Shown one piece after another: positions 50,590 to 60,284 of a stretch of 64,000 bases of DNA. Below the pieces are notes generated by a model, which was given only the letters and a program-made list of their open reading frames with translations, was not told the DNA's origin and did not search any database. How positions within the stretch are numbered: position 1 is the first letter of the stretch; the number at the start of each line of letters is the position of its first letter. The translations under genes were made by a program, and so were the position numbers. The stretch spans positions 3,824 to 67,823 of the forward strand of contig JALFTB010000001.1 of assembly GCA_022779465.1 (NCBI GenBank), written 5' to 3'. The stretch is from a bacterium. GTDB lineage: Bacteria > Bacillota_I > Bacilli_A > RF39 > UBA660.

Positions 50590-52458
50590 ATGAAATTTGA
50601 TATTATTGTCGTAGGTGGTGGACATGCTGGATGTGAAGCTTCTAATGCTAGTGCAAAAATGGGACTTAAAACAGCTTTAGTGACTGCCAATATAAAGAAT
50701 ATTGCTGATATGCCTTGTAATCCTTCAATAGGTGGTACTGCCAAAGGTATTGTAGTAAGAGAAATTGATGCGATGGGTGGATTGATGGGTAAAGTCGCTG
50801 ATAAAACTCATATTCAAATTAAAATGTTAAATAATGCTAAGGGTCCAGCTGTAAGATCATTAAGAGCTCAAGCAGATAAGATTACTTATCCAAAAGAAAT
50901 GTTAAAAGAGTTACAAGCTTTAGATAATTTAACAATAATTGAGGGCATGGTAGAAAATTTAATTGTTGAAAATAACACTATAGAAGGTATTATTTTAGAA
51001 AATGGTACGGAAATTTATTGTAAGGCTTTAATTCTTACGACAGGAACATATTTAAAGAGTAAAATTTTAATTGGAGCTGAACATAAAGATGAAGGTCCCC
51101 ATGGTGAAAGAAGATCTAACTTTTTAAGTGATAAATTAAAACAATTAGGATTTGAAATTCAAAGATTAAAAACTGGTACTCCACAAAGAATTGAAAGAAG
51201 TTCAATTGATTTTAGTGTGTTAAAACCTGAGTGTGGTGATGATTGTTATTGGACTTTTAGTTTTGATAATCCTCCTTATTATGATAAAGATAAACAAGAA
51301 AAATGTTATATTGTTTATACTAATGAAAAAACTCATCAAATTATAAGGGATAATCTTTCAAAATCTGCTATGTATGGTGGGTATGCTGAAGGTATAGGTC
51401 CAAGATATTGTCCTTCAATTGAAGATAAAGTTGTTAGATTTGCTGATAAAGAAAGACATCAATTATTTTTAGAACCAGAAAGTTTATATTATGATGATAT
51501 ATATTTACAGGGATTTTCAACTAGTATGCCTTATGATGTTCAAGAATTAATGGTTCATAGTTTACATGGATTAGAACATGCAATTATAAAAAAATATGCT
51601 TATGCAATAGAATACGATGCTATAAATCCATTACAGTTAAAACCATCTTTGGAAACTAAAGTAATTAATAATTTATTTACAGCTGGACAAATTAATGGTA
51701 CTTCTGGTTATGAAGAAGCTGCTGGTCAAGGATTAATAGCTGGAATTAATGCTGGATTAAAGATTCAAGGTAAAAATCCTTTAATTTTAAAAAGAAATGA
51801 ATCTTATATTGGGGTTTTAATTGATGATTTAGTTACAAAGGGTACAAAAGAACCTTATAGATTATTAACTTCTCGTGCAGAATATAGATTACTTTTACGT
51901 CATGATAATGCTGATTTAAGATTAAGAAGATATGGATATGAAGCGGGTACAATAAGTAAAGAACAAATTGAAGTATTAGATAAAAAAATAGCTGATATAA
52001 ATGAATTAAGTGATTACTTAAAGAGTATTAGAGTTACTCAAAATAGTTTGCCTGATAATTTAAAAAATAAGTATTCTATAGAACTTAAAAATGGGGTAAC
52101 TTTATATGATTTACTTAGAAGACCAGAAATCAAATTACAAGATTTAATTGATAATAATATGCTTAATAAAGAATATTCTCCTTTAGTTTATGAACAAGTG
52201 GAATTTGCTGTAAAGTATGAAGGATATATAAAGAAAGAAGAACTTGAGGTACAAAAGTTATTAAAATTAGAAGAAAAACAAATTCCTCAAGATATAGATT
52301 ATGATAATGTGAAAAATTTAGCTTCTGAAGCAAAACAAAAATTAAAACTTGTAAAACCATTAACTTTAGCTCAAGCTTCAAGAATAAGTGGTGTTAATCC
52401 TGTTGATATTTCAATATTAGCTATATATTTAAAAAAGGAATATAATCAAAATGACTAA
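50590..52458 (+). CDS. mnmG: tRNA uridine 5-carboxymethylaminomethyl modification enzyme MnmG
   Basis: The N-terminus has an FAD-binding GxGxxG motif (VVGGGHAGCEAS) and the product is 622 aa. Confidence 0.9.
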   Translation: MKFDIIVVGGGHAGCEASNASAKMGLKTALVTANIKNIADMPCNPSIGGTAKGIVVREIDAMGGLMGKVADKTHIQIKMLNNAKGPAVRSLRAQADKITYPKEMLKELQALDNLTIIEGMVENLIVENNTIEGIILENGTEIYCKALILTTGTYLKSKILIGAEHKDEGPHGERRSNFLSDKLKQLGFEIQRLKTGTPQRIERSSIDFSVLKPECGDDCYWTFSFDNPPYYDKDKQEKCYIVYTNEKTHQIIRDNLSKSAMYGGYAEGIGPRYCPSIEDKVVRFADKERHQLFLEPESLYYDDIYLQGFSTSMPYDVQELMVHSLHGLEHAIIKKYAYAIEYDAINPLQLKPSLETKVINNLFTAGQINGTSGYEEAAGQGLIAGINAGLKIQGKNPLILKRNESYIGVLIDDLVTKGTKEPYRLLTSRAEYRLLLRHDNADLRLRRYGYEAGTISKEQIEVLDKKIADINELSDYLKSIRVTQNSLPDNLKNKYSIELKNGVTLYDLLRRPEIKLQDLIDNNMLNKEYSPLVYEQVEFAVKYEGYIKKEELEVQKLLKLEEKQIPQDIDYDNVKNLASEAKQKLKLVKPLTLAQASRISGVNPVDISILAIYLKKEYNQND

Positions 52459-53155
52459 AGAAGAATTTTTTAATTTAATAAATGAATTAAATATTGTATT
52501 AAATGATGTGCAAAAACAACAATTTGAGTTATATTGTAAATTATTATTAGAATATAATACTCATACTAATATTACAGCAATTAGAGAGGAATCTGGGGTT
52601 TATTTAAAACATTTCTATGATTCTTTAACATTAGTAAAAGTTTTTGATTTTAATCATGAATATTCAGTTTTAGATGTAGGATCTGGAGGTGGATTTCCAG
52701 GTTTAGTCTTAGCAATAGCTTTTCCAAATTTAAAATTAACACTTTTAGATAGTAACCATAAAAAATCTGATTTTCAAAAATATATTGTTTCTGAATTAAA
52801 TCTTAATAATGTAACAATTGTTAATGATAGAGCAGAATCTTTCTTTAAAGAAAATATAAAATATGATGTAGTTGTGGCGAGAGCTGTTGCTAATCTTTCA
52901 GTATTATCTGAATTATGTATTCCTTTTGTTAAAAATTCTGGATATTTTTTAGCCATGAAAGGTGATTTTGCAGAGGAATATCAAAATGCATTTAATGCTA
53001 TTACTAAATTGGGTGGTACAATTGAATCTAAATTTGATTTTAAATTACCGATTTCTGAAGATTTAAGAAGTATTATAAAGATTAAAAAAATAAAAGAAAC
53101 CCCTAAAGAGTTTCCGAGAATGTATGACAAAATAATTAAAAGACCATTGAAATAA
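52451..53155 (+). CDS. rsmG: 16S rRNA m7G527 methyltransferase RsmG
   Basis: The SAM motif LDVGSGGGFPG is present. Confidence 0.9.
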   Translation: MTKEEFFNLINELNIVLNDVQKQQFELYCKLLLEYNTHTNITAIREESGVYLKHFYDSLTLVKVFDFNHEYSVLDVGSGGGFPGLVLAIAFPNLKLTLLDSNHKKSDFQKYIVSELNLNNVTIVNDRAESFFKENIKYDVVVARAVANLSVLSELCIPFVKNSGYFLAMKGDFAEEYQNAFNAITKLGGTIESKFDFKLPISEDLRSIIKIKKIKETPKEFPRMYDKIIKRPLK

Positions 53156-53204
53156 GTTTTAAAATAATGTATTATTATATTAGAATAGGAAGGGTGTTTT
53201 TAAT

Positions 53205-54407
53205 ATGGAGTCACAAGTTCAAAATATAAATATTGATTTAATTATACCAAATAGATTTCAACCACGCCTTTCTTTTGACGAAAAAGCTTTAAATGAATTA
53301 GCTGAGTCTATTAAACAACATGGTATTATTCAACCTTTAATTGTAAGGCAACTTGCTGATAAATATGAAATTATAGCTGGTGAAAGAAGATATAAAGCAG
53401 CTACTTTGGCTGGGTTATCAACTGTTCCTGTTATTGTAACTAATTTGTCTGATGCTAAGAGCGCTGAAGTTGCTCTTGTTGAAAATATTCAACGTAAAAA
53501 TTTAAGTTCAATAGAAGAAGCACTTTCATATAAGAGAAAAATAGATAAAGATAATTTAACTCAAGAACAATTAGCTAAATTATTGGGATTATCTCAATCA
53601 ACAGTTGCTAATCGTTTAAGATTGTTAAATTTAAGTAATGAAGTTCAAGATGCCTTATTAAAAGAAAAAATAAGTGAGCGTCATGCAAGAAGTTTATTAC
53701 AAATAAGTGATAAAAATAAACAAACCGAATTATTAAATCGTATAATAACTGAAAGATTAACAGTTAGACAGTTAGATGAAATAATAAAAAAAGAATTATC
53801 TTCACCTAGCACTTATGCAGAGGAAATACCTAGTAATTTAGAACAGCCTTTATCTTCAGAACCGGAAGCTGAACCAATTCCAGAACAAATTCCTTCAACT
53901 CAAATTGAAAGTTTGGATGTTTTAGGTGATGATAATACTTTAGATAATTCAAATAATATATTTGATACTGAAATAGATGCTTCAATGCCATCAGAGACTT
54001 TAGAGGAAATAGATAAAGAACCACAACATGAAGAACCTATGAGTAATATTTTAAATTTCTTACAAAGTTTTAATAATTCAGCGCCTTCACTTGATGATGA
54101 ACCAACTAATATGCAAACTTTTGATGATGATGTATTTAATGATGTTCATAGCGCTTATGATTTAATCGATGATGCAAATAAAGATCCAGATATTGTAAAT
54201 TTAGATACTGTTAATGAATCAAGTGTAACATCTGATAATCAAGTTTTAGACGATGTTGTTCCTAGAATAAAATCTGGAGATATGAGTTCATTAAAGAAAG
54301 CATATCATGATTTACAAGATGAAGCAGAAAAAGCAGGCTTTAAAATAAGCATGGAAGATTTTGATTTTGAAGATTTATATCAAATGATAATTAAAGTTGA
54401 TAAGTAA
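53205..54407 (+). CDS. ParB/Noc-family CTPase with a long acidic disordered C-terminal tail
   Basis: It has the ParB N-terminal domain with the GERRxRA CTP-binding motif (IAGERRYKAATLAGLSTVPVIV) and an HTH (GLSQSTVANRLRLL). The last 200 residues are D/E/S/P-rich low complexity. No ParA/Soj gene is adjacent. Confidence 0.75.
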   Translation: MESQVQNINIDLIIPNRFQPRLSFDEKALNELAESIKQHGIIQPLIVRQLADKYEIIAGERRYKAATLAGLSTVPVIVTNLSDAKSAEVALVENIQRKNLSSIEEALSYKRKIDKDNLTQEQLAKLLGLSQSTVANRLRLLNLSNEVQDALLKEKISERHARSLLQISDKNKQTELLNRIITERLTVRQLDEIIKKELSSPSTYAEEIPSNLEQPLSSEPEAEPIPEQIPSTQIESLDVLGDDNTLDNSNNIFDTEIDASMPSETLEEIDKEPQHEEPMSNILNFLQSFNNSAPSLDDEPTNMQTFDDDVFNDVHSAYDLIDDANKDPDIVNLDTVNESSVTSDNQVLDDVVPRIKSGDMSSLKKAYHDLQDEAEKAGFKISMEDFDFEDLYQMIIKVDK

Positions 54408-54425
54408 GTTTAATACTTACTTTTT

Positions 54426-56333
54426 TTATTGGGGTTCTGAACCTTTTTTAAAGTAGAAAATAACATTTTTTTCATTTGAAGATTTATTTCCTGTAATAGC
54501 ATTCAAAGGTACTCCAACAATATTTTCAGGAATTTCGTACCAAGATTCTGGTTTATCTTTTTCATATGTTTCAACAGTATCAACCCATATATTTTTGATT
54601 TTTTTAGAGTAACTAGAATCTACATTTTTATTCATGTCATTACCAGCCCAGACCATCATTAAAATATCAGGATTATATCCAACAATCCAATAATCACTTT
54701 CGGTAGTACCACTTTTTAAGGCATATTTACGACTAATCTTACTATTTAAATATAAGACAGTAGGAGATAGATAATCTATAAAATTAGGGTTATATGTGTT
54801 AGTTAACATTTCATTTATAATATACACTGAATCTTTATTTAGAACTTGTTCAGTTTCTTCCTTATATTTATACAAAGTATGTCCATTAAAATCTTCAACC
54901 TTTTTTATTAAATGAACATCAGTTTTATTGCCATAATTAGCTAATGTGGAATAACTTTGAGCATAATCTAACATATTGATTTCTTGTGCACCAAGCGCTA
55001 AAGAAGGAATTGGCTTTAAATTTGCTTTTAATCCTGCAATTTTTAAAGTATTTACTAATTGTTCTTCACCTAGAAATAGATGGGTTTTAACAGCATAAAC
55101 ATTATCTGAATAAGCTAGAGCAGCTGCCATTGTTATTTCTTTATTTCCATATTTATTTGAGTGATTTTTAGGAGAATAAGTTTGATTATTAGCAAAAACA
55201 AAACTAGTTTTTTCACTTAAGAAAGTTGATGCCTCTGTCATATTGTTTTCAAGAGCAGCATAGTAAAGAAATGGTTTTATAGTTGAACCAACTTGTCTTT
55301 TAGCAGCAATTGCACGGTTATATTGACTCTTTGAATAATCAACTCCACCAGTTAAAGCCATTATTCCTCCTGTTTTAGGATCAACAACAATACTTGATAA
55401 TTGCACGTTTTTATCTGTTGCATTTTTAATAATAGATTCATCCATGCTTTTTTGAACACTAGTATCTAATTCTGTATATATTTTTAAACCACCAGATTTT
55501 ATTAGTGATTTAGGAATTTCATTTAAATTATTAAGTTCATTAATAACCGCATCATGATAATACATTAGAGTTTGCATATTATTGCTTTTTCTTTTACCAT
55601 ATATTTCTATTTTATTTTTAAATAATAAATCATACTCATCTTTGGTTATATAATCATTATCTAACATTGATTTAGCTACTATTTTAGCTCTTTTAATCGA
55701 ATTATCATAATTACTAATAGGATTGTAATTTTCGGGACTTTTAGGAATTCCTGCTAAAATGATGGCTTCTTCTAAGTTAAGTTCACTGGCTTTTTTGTTA
55801 AAATAAAAATTACTAGCATTTTCAATACCATAGTTTCCTTGGCCATAATTAATAGTATTTAAGTATCCTTCTAAAATATCATCTTTAGAATAATGTACTT
55901 CAAGTTTTAAGGTTAAGAAAGCTTCTTCAATTTTTCTTTTCCAAGTTTGATTAAAATCTAAATATAAGTTTTTAACATATTGTTGAGAAATAGTTGATGC
56001 ACCTTGCATAATAGTTTTATTTTTAATATTAATATACATGGCTTTAGCAATTCTTAAATAGTCAAAGCCTTGATGGTTATAGAAATTTTTATCTTCAGTA
56101 CTGATTGTTGCATTTATTAAATTTTGAGAAATGTCTTTTATATTAACCCAACTATTATTATTACTTGTTTGAAATATTAATTCATCTTTATTGTCATATA
56201 AATAAATAGCGTTTGCAGAGTTAAGAGTTATCTTAGGTGATAAGTAGGCATATATATATAAAGTTGTTAATATGGTCATAAAAGTAATTGTACAAAATAA
56301 AGTAAATTTATATATTAATTTAATTTTTTTCAT
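54426..56333 (-). CDS. class A penicillin-binding protein (bifunctional transglycosylase/transpeptidase)
   Basis: GT51 motifs (EDKNFYNHQGFD, GASTISQQ) and a transpeptidase SxxK (STIKPF) are present, with an N-terminal TM anchor. Confidence 0.85.
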   Translation of the reverse strand: MKKIKLIYKFTLFCTITFMTILTTLYIYAYLSPKITLNSANAIYLYDNKDELIFQTSNNNSWVNIKDISQNLINATISTEDKNFYNHQGFDYLRIAKAMYINIKNKTIMQGASTISQQYVKNLYLDFNQTWKRKIEEAFLTLKLEVHYSKDDILEGYLNTINYGQGNYGIENASNFYFNKKASELNLEEAIILAGIPKSPENYNPISNYDNSIKRAKIVAKSMLDNDYITKDEYDLLFKNKIEIYGKRKSNNMQTLMYYHDAVINELNNLNEIPKSLIKSGGLKIYTELDTSVQKSMDESIIKNATDKNVQLSSIVVDPKTGGIMALTGGVDYSKSQYNRAIAAKRQVGSTIKPFLYYAALENNMTEASTFLSEKTSFVFANNQTYSPKNHSNKYGNKEITMAAALAYSDNVYAVKTHLFLGEEQLVNTLKIAGLKANLKPIPSLALGAQEINMLDYAQSYSTLANYGNKTDVHLIKKVEDFNGHTLYKYKEETEQVLNKDSVYIINEMLTNTYNPNFIDYLSPTVLYLNSKISRKYALKSGTTESDYWIVGYNPDILMMVWAGNDMNKNVDSSYSKKIKNIWVDTVETYEKDKPESWYEIPENIVGVPLNAITGNKSSNEKNVIFYFKKGSEPQ

Positions 56334-56397
56334 AATTCACCAGTTATATTATGGATTTTATAATTGTTTTTATGCTAGAATAAAAAAAGTGATGTAA

Positions 56398-56715
56398 ATG
56401 GCAAAAATAAAATTATATAAAAATGATAACTTAGTTTTAGAACATGATGGAGATATACAAGATAATAATCTTTTAGTGTTTGAAAATATTGTTTATGATC
56501 CAGAAAAATTTATTTTAATTAGAGAAAATGATGATTTTAAATTTGAGTTAGATTTTAAATGTTCTTTAGCTATAATTACGTTAAAAAAAGAAGGACATAG
56601 TTTAGATTTAAATTTATCTAATGTAAAAAAAGAAATAGGGAATGATAGTCATAAAATATACTATAATATAGAAAGTGAAGAAGTCATAAGTAATGTACTA
56701 GAAATCACTTTCTAA
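56398..56715 (+). CDS. hypothetical small beta-rich protein (possibly DUF1934/YwiB-like)
   Basis: The product is 105 aa. The family assignment is weak. Confidence 0.3.
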   Translation: MAKIKLYKNDNLVLEHDGDIQDNNLLVFENIVYDPEKFILIRENDDFKFELDFKCSLAIITLKKEGHSLDLNLSNVKKEIGNDSHKIYYNIESEEVISNVLEITF

Positions 56716-56831
56716 TTAAAGTATATTTTTTTTGTTGACAATGAAAAAGAATATGATAAAATTATGTATGTTTAATGAGCAGATGTCATATTTTATAACG
56801 TGACATATTATGGTAATTAGGAGGACAATAT

Positions 56832-57266
56832 ATGAAATTAAAATTAACTGATGAGCAAAAAGATACTTTGTCTTATGATGATGTTGCTTATCTTATATTG
56901 AAAGAAACTAACAAAAAAGCAAAAATACAAGATTTATTCAAAGAAGTTGTTAAATTATTAGATTTACCTGAATCAGTTTATGAAAATAATATTGGTGAAT
57001 TCTTTGAATTAATTGTTACTGATAAAAGATTTATTATGTTAGATAATGGTTATTGTGATTTAAAGATAAATCATAGTTCTAAAGTTATTATAGATGATGA
57101 AGATGAAGATTTTGATATTCAACCTGAAGATCAAGATGATATCAACGAGATTGAAGAAGAGGATAATTATGATGAGGATGCTAATCCTGATGACGATACT
57201 GATAATGACTTACAAGATTTAGTTATTATTGATGATTTAGATGAATTAGATAGTGATATGATGTAG
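56832..57266 (+). CDS. rpoE: DNA-directed RNA polymerase delta subunit
   Basis: The N-terminal HARE-HTH-like domain (DVAYLILKE...IGEFFELIVTDKRFIMLDNGYCDLK) is followed by an extremely acidic D/E tail, the hallmark of Firmicute RpoE. Confidence 0.7.
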   Translation: MKLKLTDEQKDTLSYDDVAYLILKETNKKAKIQDLFKEVVKLLDLPESVYENNIGEFFELIVTDKRFIMLDNGYCDLKINHSSKVIIDDEDEDFDIQPEDQDDINEIEEEDNYDEDANPDDDTDNDLQDLVIIDDLDELDSDMM

Positions 57267-57312
57267 ATTAACTTTCTTTTATAATTATTTTAAATAAAGA
57301 AAGGTGATATAT

Positions 57313-58368
57313 ATGATAGAAAGATTAGAATTATTAGAAAAAAGATATAATGAAATAAATGAAGAATTATTAAAACCAGAAATATTAAGTGATTTTAGTA
57401 AACAAAAGAAGCTTTCTAAGGAGAAAGGTTCTATTGAGGAAGCTGTAATTAAATATGGTGAATATAAAGCTTTAAATGAGGAAATAAGTGAATTAAAGAC
57501 TTTAGTAAATGATCCAGAAATGCATGATATGGTTATGATGGAATTAGATGAAAAACATGCTGCTTTAGACGCTTTAGTTGAACATATTAAAGTTTTACTT
57601 TTACCTAAGGATGAAAATGATGGTAAAGATATAATCATGGAAATTCGTGGAGCAGCTGGTGGAGATGAAGCTAATATTTTTGCTGGTGATTTATTTAGAA
57701 TGTATTCTAAATATGCTGAAAAAGTAGGTTGGAAAATTGATGTTTCTCATGTGATTGAAGGAGAAGCAGGAGGTTTTTCTACTATAGAATTTGCTATTAA
57801 AGGTGATAATGTTTATTCTAAATTAAAATTTGAAAGTGGTGTTCATAGAGTTCAAAGAGTTCCGGAAACTGAAACTCAAGGAAGAATTCATACATCTACA
57901 GCAACTGTACTTGTTATGCCAGAGGTTGAAGATGTAGATATTGATATTAGACCTGAAGATATTAGAGTAGATGTATATAGAAGTAGTGGAAAAGGTGGAC
58001 AAGGAGTTAATACAACTGATTCAGCAGTAAGACTTACTCATATTCCAACTGGTATTGTAGTAACATGTCAAAATGAAAGAAGTCAAATTAAAAATAAAGA
58101 ACGTGCTATGGTAGTTTTAAAATCTAAGATTTATGATCAAGCTCAACAAAAACAAGATGCGGAAACAGGAAGTGTTAGAAAGAGTATGATTGGTACAGGT
58201 GATAGATCTGAGAAAATTAGAACATATAACTATCCACAAAATAGAGTTACTGACCATCGTATTAATTTTAGTATTATGGAATTAGATAGAGTAATGGAAG
58301 GTAATATTGATCCTATTATAGAAGCTTTAATTACTGAAGATCAAAGAAGAAAAATGGAAGAATCATGA
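57313..58368 (+). CDS. prfA: peptide chain release factor 1
   Basis: The GGQ motif (GKGGQGVNTTDSAVR) and a PxT-type region are present. The start is taken at MIERLEL, which has an AAAGGTGA RBS. Confidence 0.9.
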   Translation: MIERLELLEKRYNEINEELLKPEILSDFSKQKKLSKEKGSIEEAVIKYGEYKALNEEISELKTLVNDPEMHDMVMMELDEKHAALDALVEHIKVLLLPKDENDGKDIIMEIRGAAGGDEANIFAGDLFRMYSKYAEKVGWKIDVSHVIEGEAGGFSTIEFAIKGDNVYSKLKFESGVHRVQRVPETETQGRIHTSTATVLVMPEVEDVDIDIRPEDIRVDVYRSSGKGGQGVNTTDSAVRLTHIPTGIVVTCQNERSQIKNKERAMVVLKSKIYDQAQQKQDAETGSVRKSMIGTGDRSEKIRTYNYPQNRVTDHRINFSIMELDRVMEGNIDPIIEALITEDQRRKMEES

Positions 58369-59102
58369 AAAGACCTAGTAATATAAATTTATCTGATTGG
58401 CAATTATTACAAAAAAAATATCGTAATTTAGAACCAATTGTTAATAAAATAAATAATAACTATCCTATTCAATATTTAATTGGAAATGTAGATTTTTATG
58501 GTTATACTATTAAAGTAAATGAAGATGTTTTAATTCCTAGATTTGAAACCGAAACTTTAGTAGAAAAAACTATTGATTTAATTAATAAATTAAAATTAGA
58601 AAAAGCTTCTGTATTAGATGTTGGAACAGGTTCAGGTTGTATTAGTATTGCTTTAAAATGTGAAATTCCAACATTAGAGATAACTGCAATAGATAAAAGT
58701 AGAAAAGCTTTAAATATTGCCAGAAAGAATGCTAAATTTAATAAGGTAAAGATTAACTTTATTTGTAAAGATTTATTTAAATATAATTTAGTTAATGATT
58801 ATGATGTTATTATTAGTAATCCTCCATATATAGAAGAAGATAGTGATGTTAGTCCTCACATTAAATATGAACCTAGAGAGGCTATATTTGTTAAAAAGGA
58901 TAATCCACTTATATACTATGAAGAAGTTCTTAAAATAGCTTTAAAAGCAGTAAATAAGAAACATTTAATTGCCTTTGAAATTGATGAAGATCATGGTAAA
59001 GATTTAAAAGAACTAGCTAAAAAATATTTTAAAGCAGATAAAATTACAATAGAAAAAGATTTATCTGGTAAAGATAGATATTTATTTATATATAGTAAAT
59101 GA
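58365..59102 (+). CDS. prmC: release factor glutamine N5-methyltransferase PrmC/HemK
   Basis: It has the SAM motif LDVGTGSGCI and an NPPY motif (ISNPPYIEE). It overlaps prfA by 4 nt. Confidence 0.85.
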   Translation: MKRPSNINLSDWQLLQKKYRNLEPIVNKINNNYPIQYLIGNVDFYGYTIKVNEDVLIPRFETETLVEKTIDLINKLKLEKASVLDVGTGSGCISIALKCEIPTLEITAIDKSRKALNIARKNAKFNKVKINFICKDLFKYNLVNDYDVIISNPPYIEEDSDVSPHIKYEPREAIFVKKDNPLIYYEEVLKIALKAVNKKHLIAFEIDEDHGKDLKELAKKYFKADKITIEKDLSGKDRYLFIYSK

Positions 59103-59111
59103 ATAAATAAT

Positions 59112-59150
59112 TAAAACACTACCCATTATGTTTTAGAAAGGTAGTGTTTT
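59112..59150 (+). terminator. terminator after prmC
   Basis: The stem aacactaccc-attatgttttagaaa-ggtagtgtt is followed by a T-run. Confidence 0.6.
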
Positions 59151-59153
59151 TTA

Positions 59154-59666
59154 TTGAAAAAAATACTAGTTATTATAGGAGTAATATTATTTTTATTAAG
59201 CATAAATTATAATAATAAAGAAGAAGTATTTATTCCTAAAGATTCTATTAGATTTAGAATAGTAAGTAATAGTATGAATGAAGTTGATTTAAAAACTAAA
59301 CAAGAGTTAAAAAGTTATATAGAAGATTATGTTTATGATATAGTAAGTGATGCTAAAAGTAGTGAAGAAGCGGATGAATTATTGGTTAATAATTTAGAAA
59401 AAATTAGCAAACATATTAATCAATATTTGAATTCTAACAACTATAAAATAGATTACGGTATAAATTATTTTCCAAGAAAGGTATATAAAGGAGTTGTATA
59501 TGAAGAAGGTATGTATAAATCTTTAGTAATAACTTTAGGAGATGGAAAAGGTTCTAATTGGTGGTGTGTTTTATTTCCACCATTATGTTTATTAGATGAA
59601 AATGAAACAACAGCAGATGTTGATTATCAATTATATGTTGCTAGAATAATTAAAGTATTTAATTAA
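59154..59666 (+). CDS. spoIIR: stage II sporulation protein R
   Basis: A signal anchor, RFRIVSNSMNEVDLK and the near-invariant NWWCVLFPPLC motif are present. The ORF uses a TTG start. Confidence 0.7.
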   Translation: MKKILVIIGVILFLLSINYNNKEEVFIPKDSIRFRIVSNSMNEVDLKTKQELKSYIEDYVYDIVSDAKSSEEADELLVNNLEKISKHINQYLNSNNYKIDYGINYFPRKVYKGVVYEEGMYKSLVITLGDGKGSNWWCVLFPPLCLLDENETTADVDYQLYVARIIKVFN

Positions 59667-59687
59667 TATACTTAACTAGGTGGTCCA

Positions 59688-60221
59688 ATGTTAAGTATTT
59701 TTTTTATTGGAATTGCACTATCAATGGATGCGTTTTCAATTGCTTTATCTATAGGTACTAATAATTTATCTAAAAAAAGTATTGGTTTAAGTATTACTTT
59801 AGTTGGCTTAATGCATTTTATAATGCCTCAATTAGGACTTATGTTGGGAAATCAAGTATATAATTTTATAAATATAAATCCCAAATTTATTATATCTGTA
59901 ATACTTTATTATTTAATAATAGTTATGTATTTTGATAAATCTAGTAAGAATGTGAATATTGAATCCTTTATTAACATTTTTTTATTTGCTTTTAGTGTTA
60001 GTATTGATAGTTTTTCAGTAGGAATTGGACTTAAAGGATTAACTGAACATTATATATTAGCATCAATTGTATTTTCCTTATGTGCTTTTTGTATTACTTA
60101 TATTGGATTAGTGCTTGGAAAGTATTCTTTAAAGATTTTAAAAAACAAAACTAAGTATGTTGGGATGATATTGCTTTTTATTACTGCAACTGTCAATTTA
60201 TGTCAATTATTTATTGATTAA
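59688..60221 (+). CDS. MntP/YtaF (UPF0059) family membrane protein, putative Mn efflux or sporulation membrane protein
   Basis: Two repeated SMDAFS/SIDSFS motifs are present, with six TM helices in a 177 aa product. Confidence 0.55.
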   Translation: MLSIFFIGIALSMDAFSIALSIGTNNLSKKSIGLSITLVGLMHFIMPQLGLMLGNQVYNFININPKFIISVILYYLIIVMYFDKSSKNVNIESFINIFLFAFSVSIDSFSVGIGLKGLTEHYILASIVFSLCAFCITYIGLVLGKYSLKILKNKTKYVGMILLFITATVNLCQLFID

Positions 60222-60284
60222 GTTGACTTAACTTTTTTTTCAATATATATTAAAAATGGAAAGGTATCTTTAAAAAGGTAACAT

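Noticed and set aside
54426-56333. The PBP convergent with parB might be a pseudogene or truncated.
   Set aside because: It has a full-length 635 aa frame with intact GT51 and transpeptidase motifs and an N-terminal anchor. There is no evidence of disruption.
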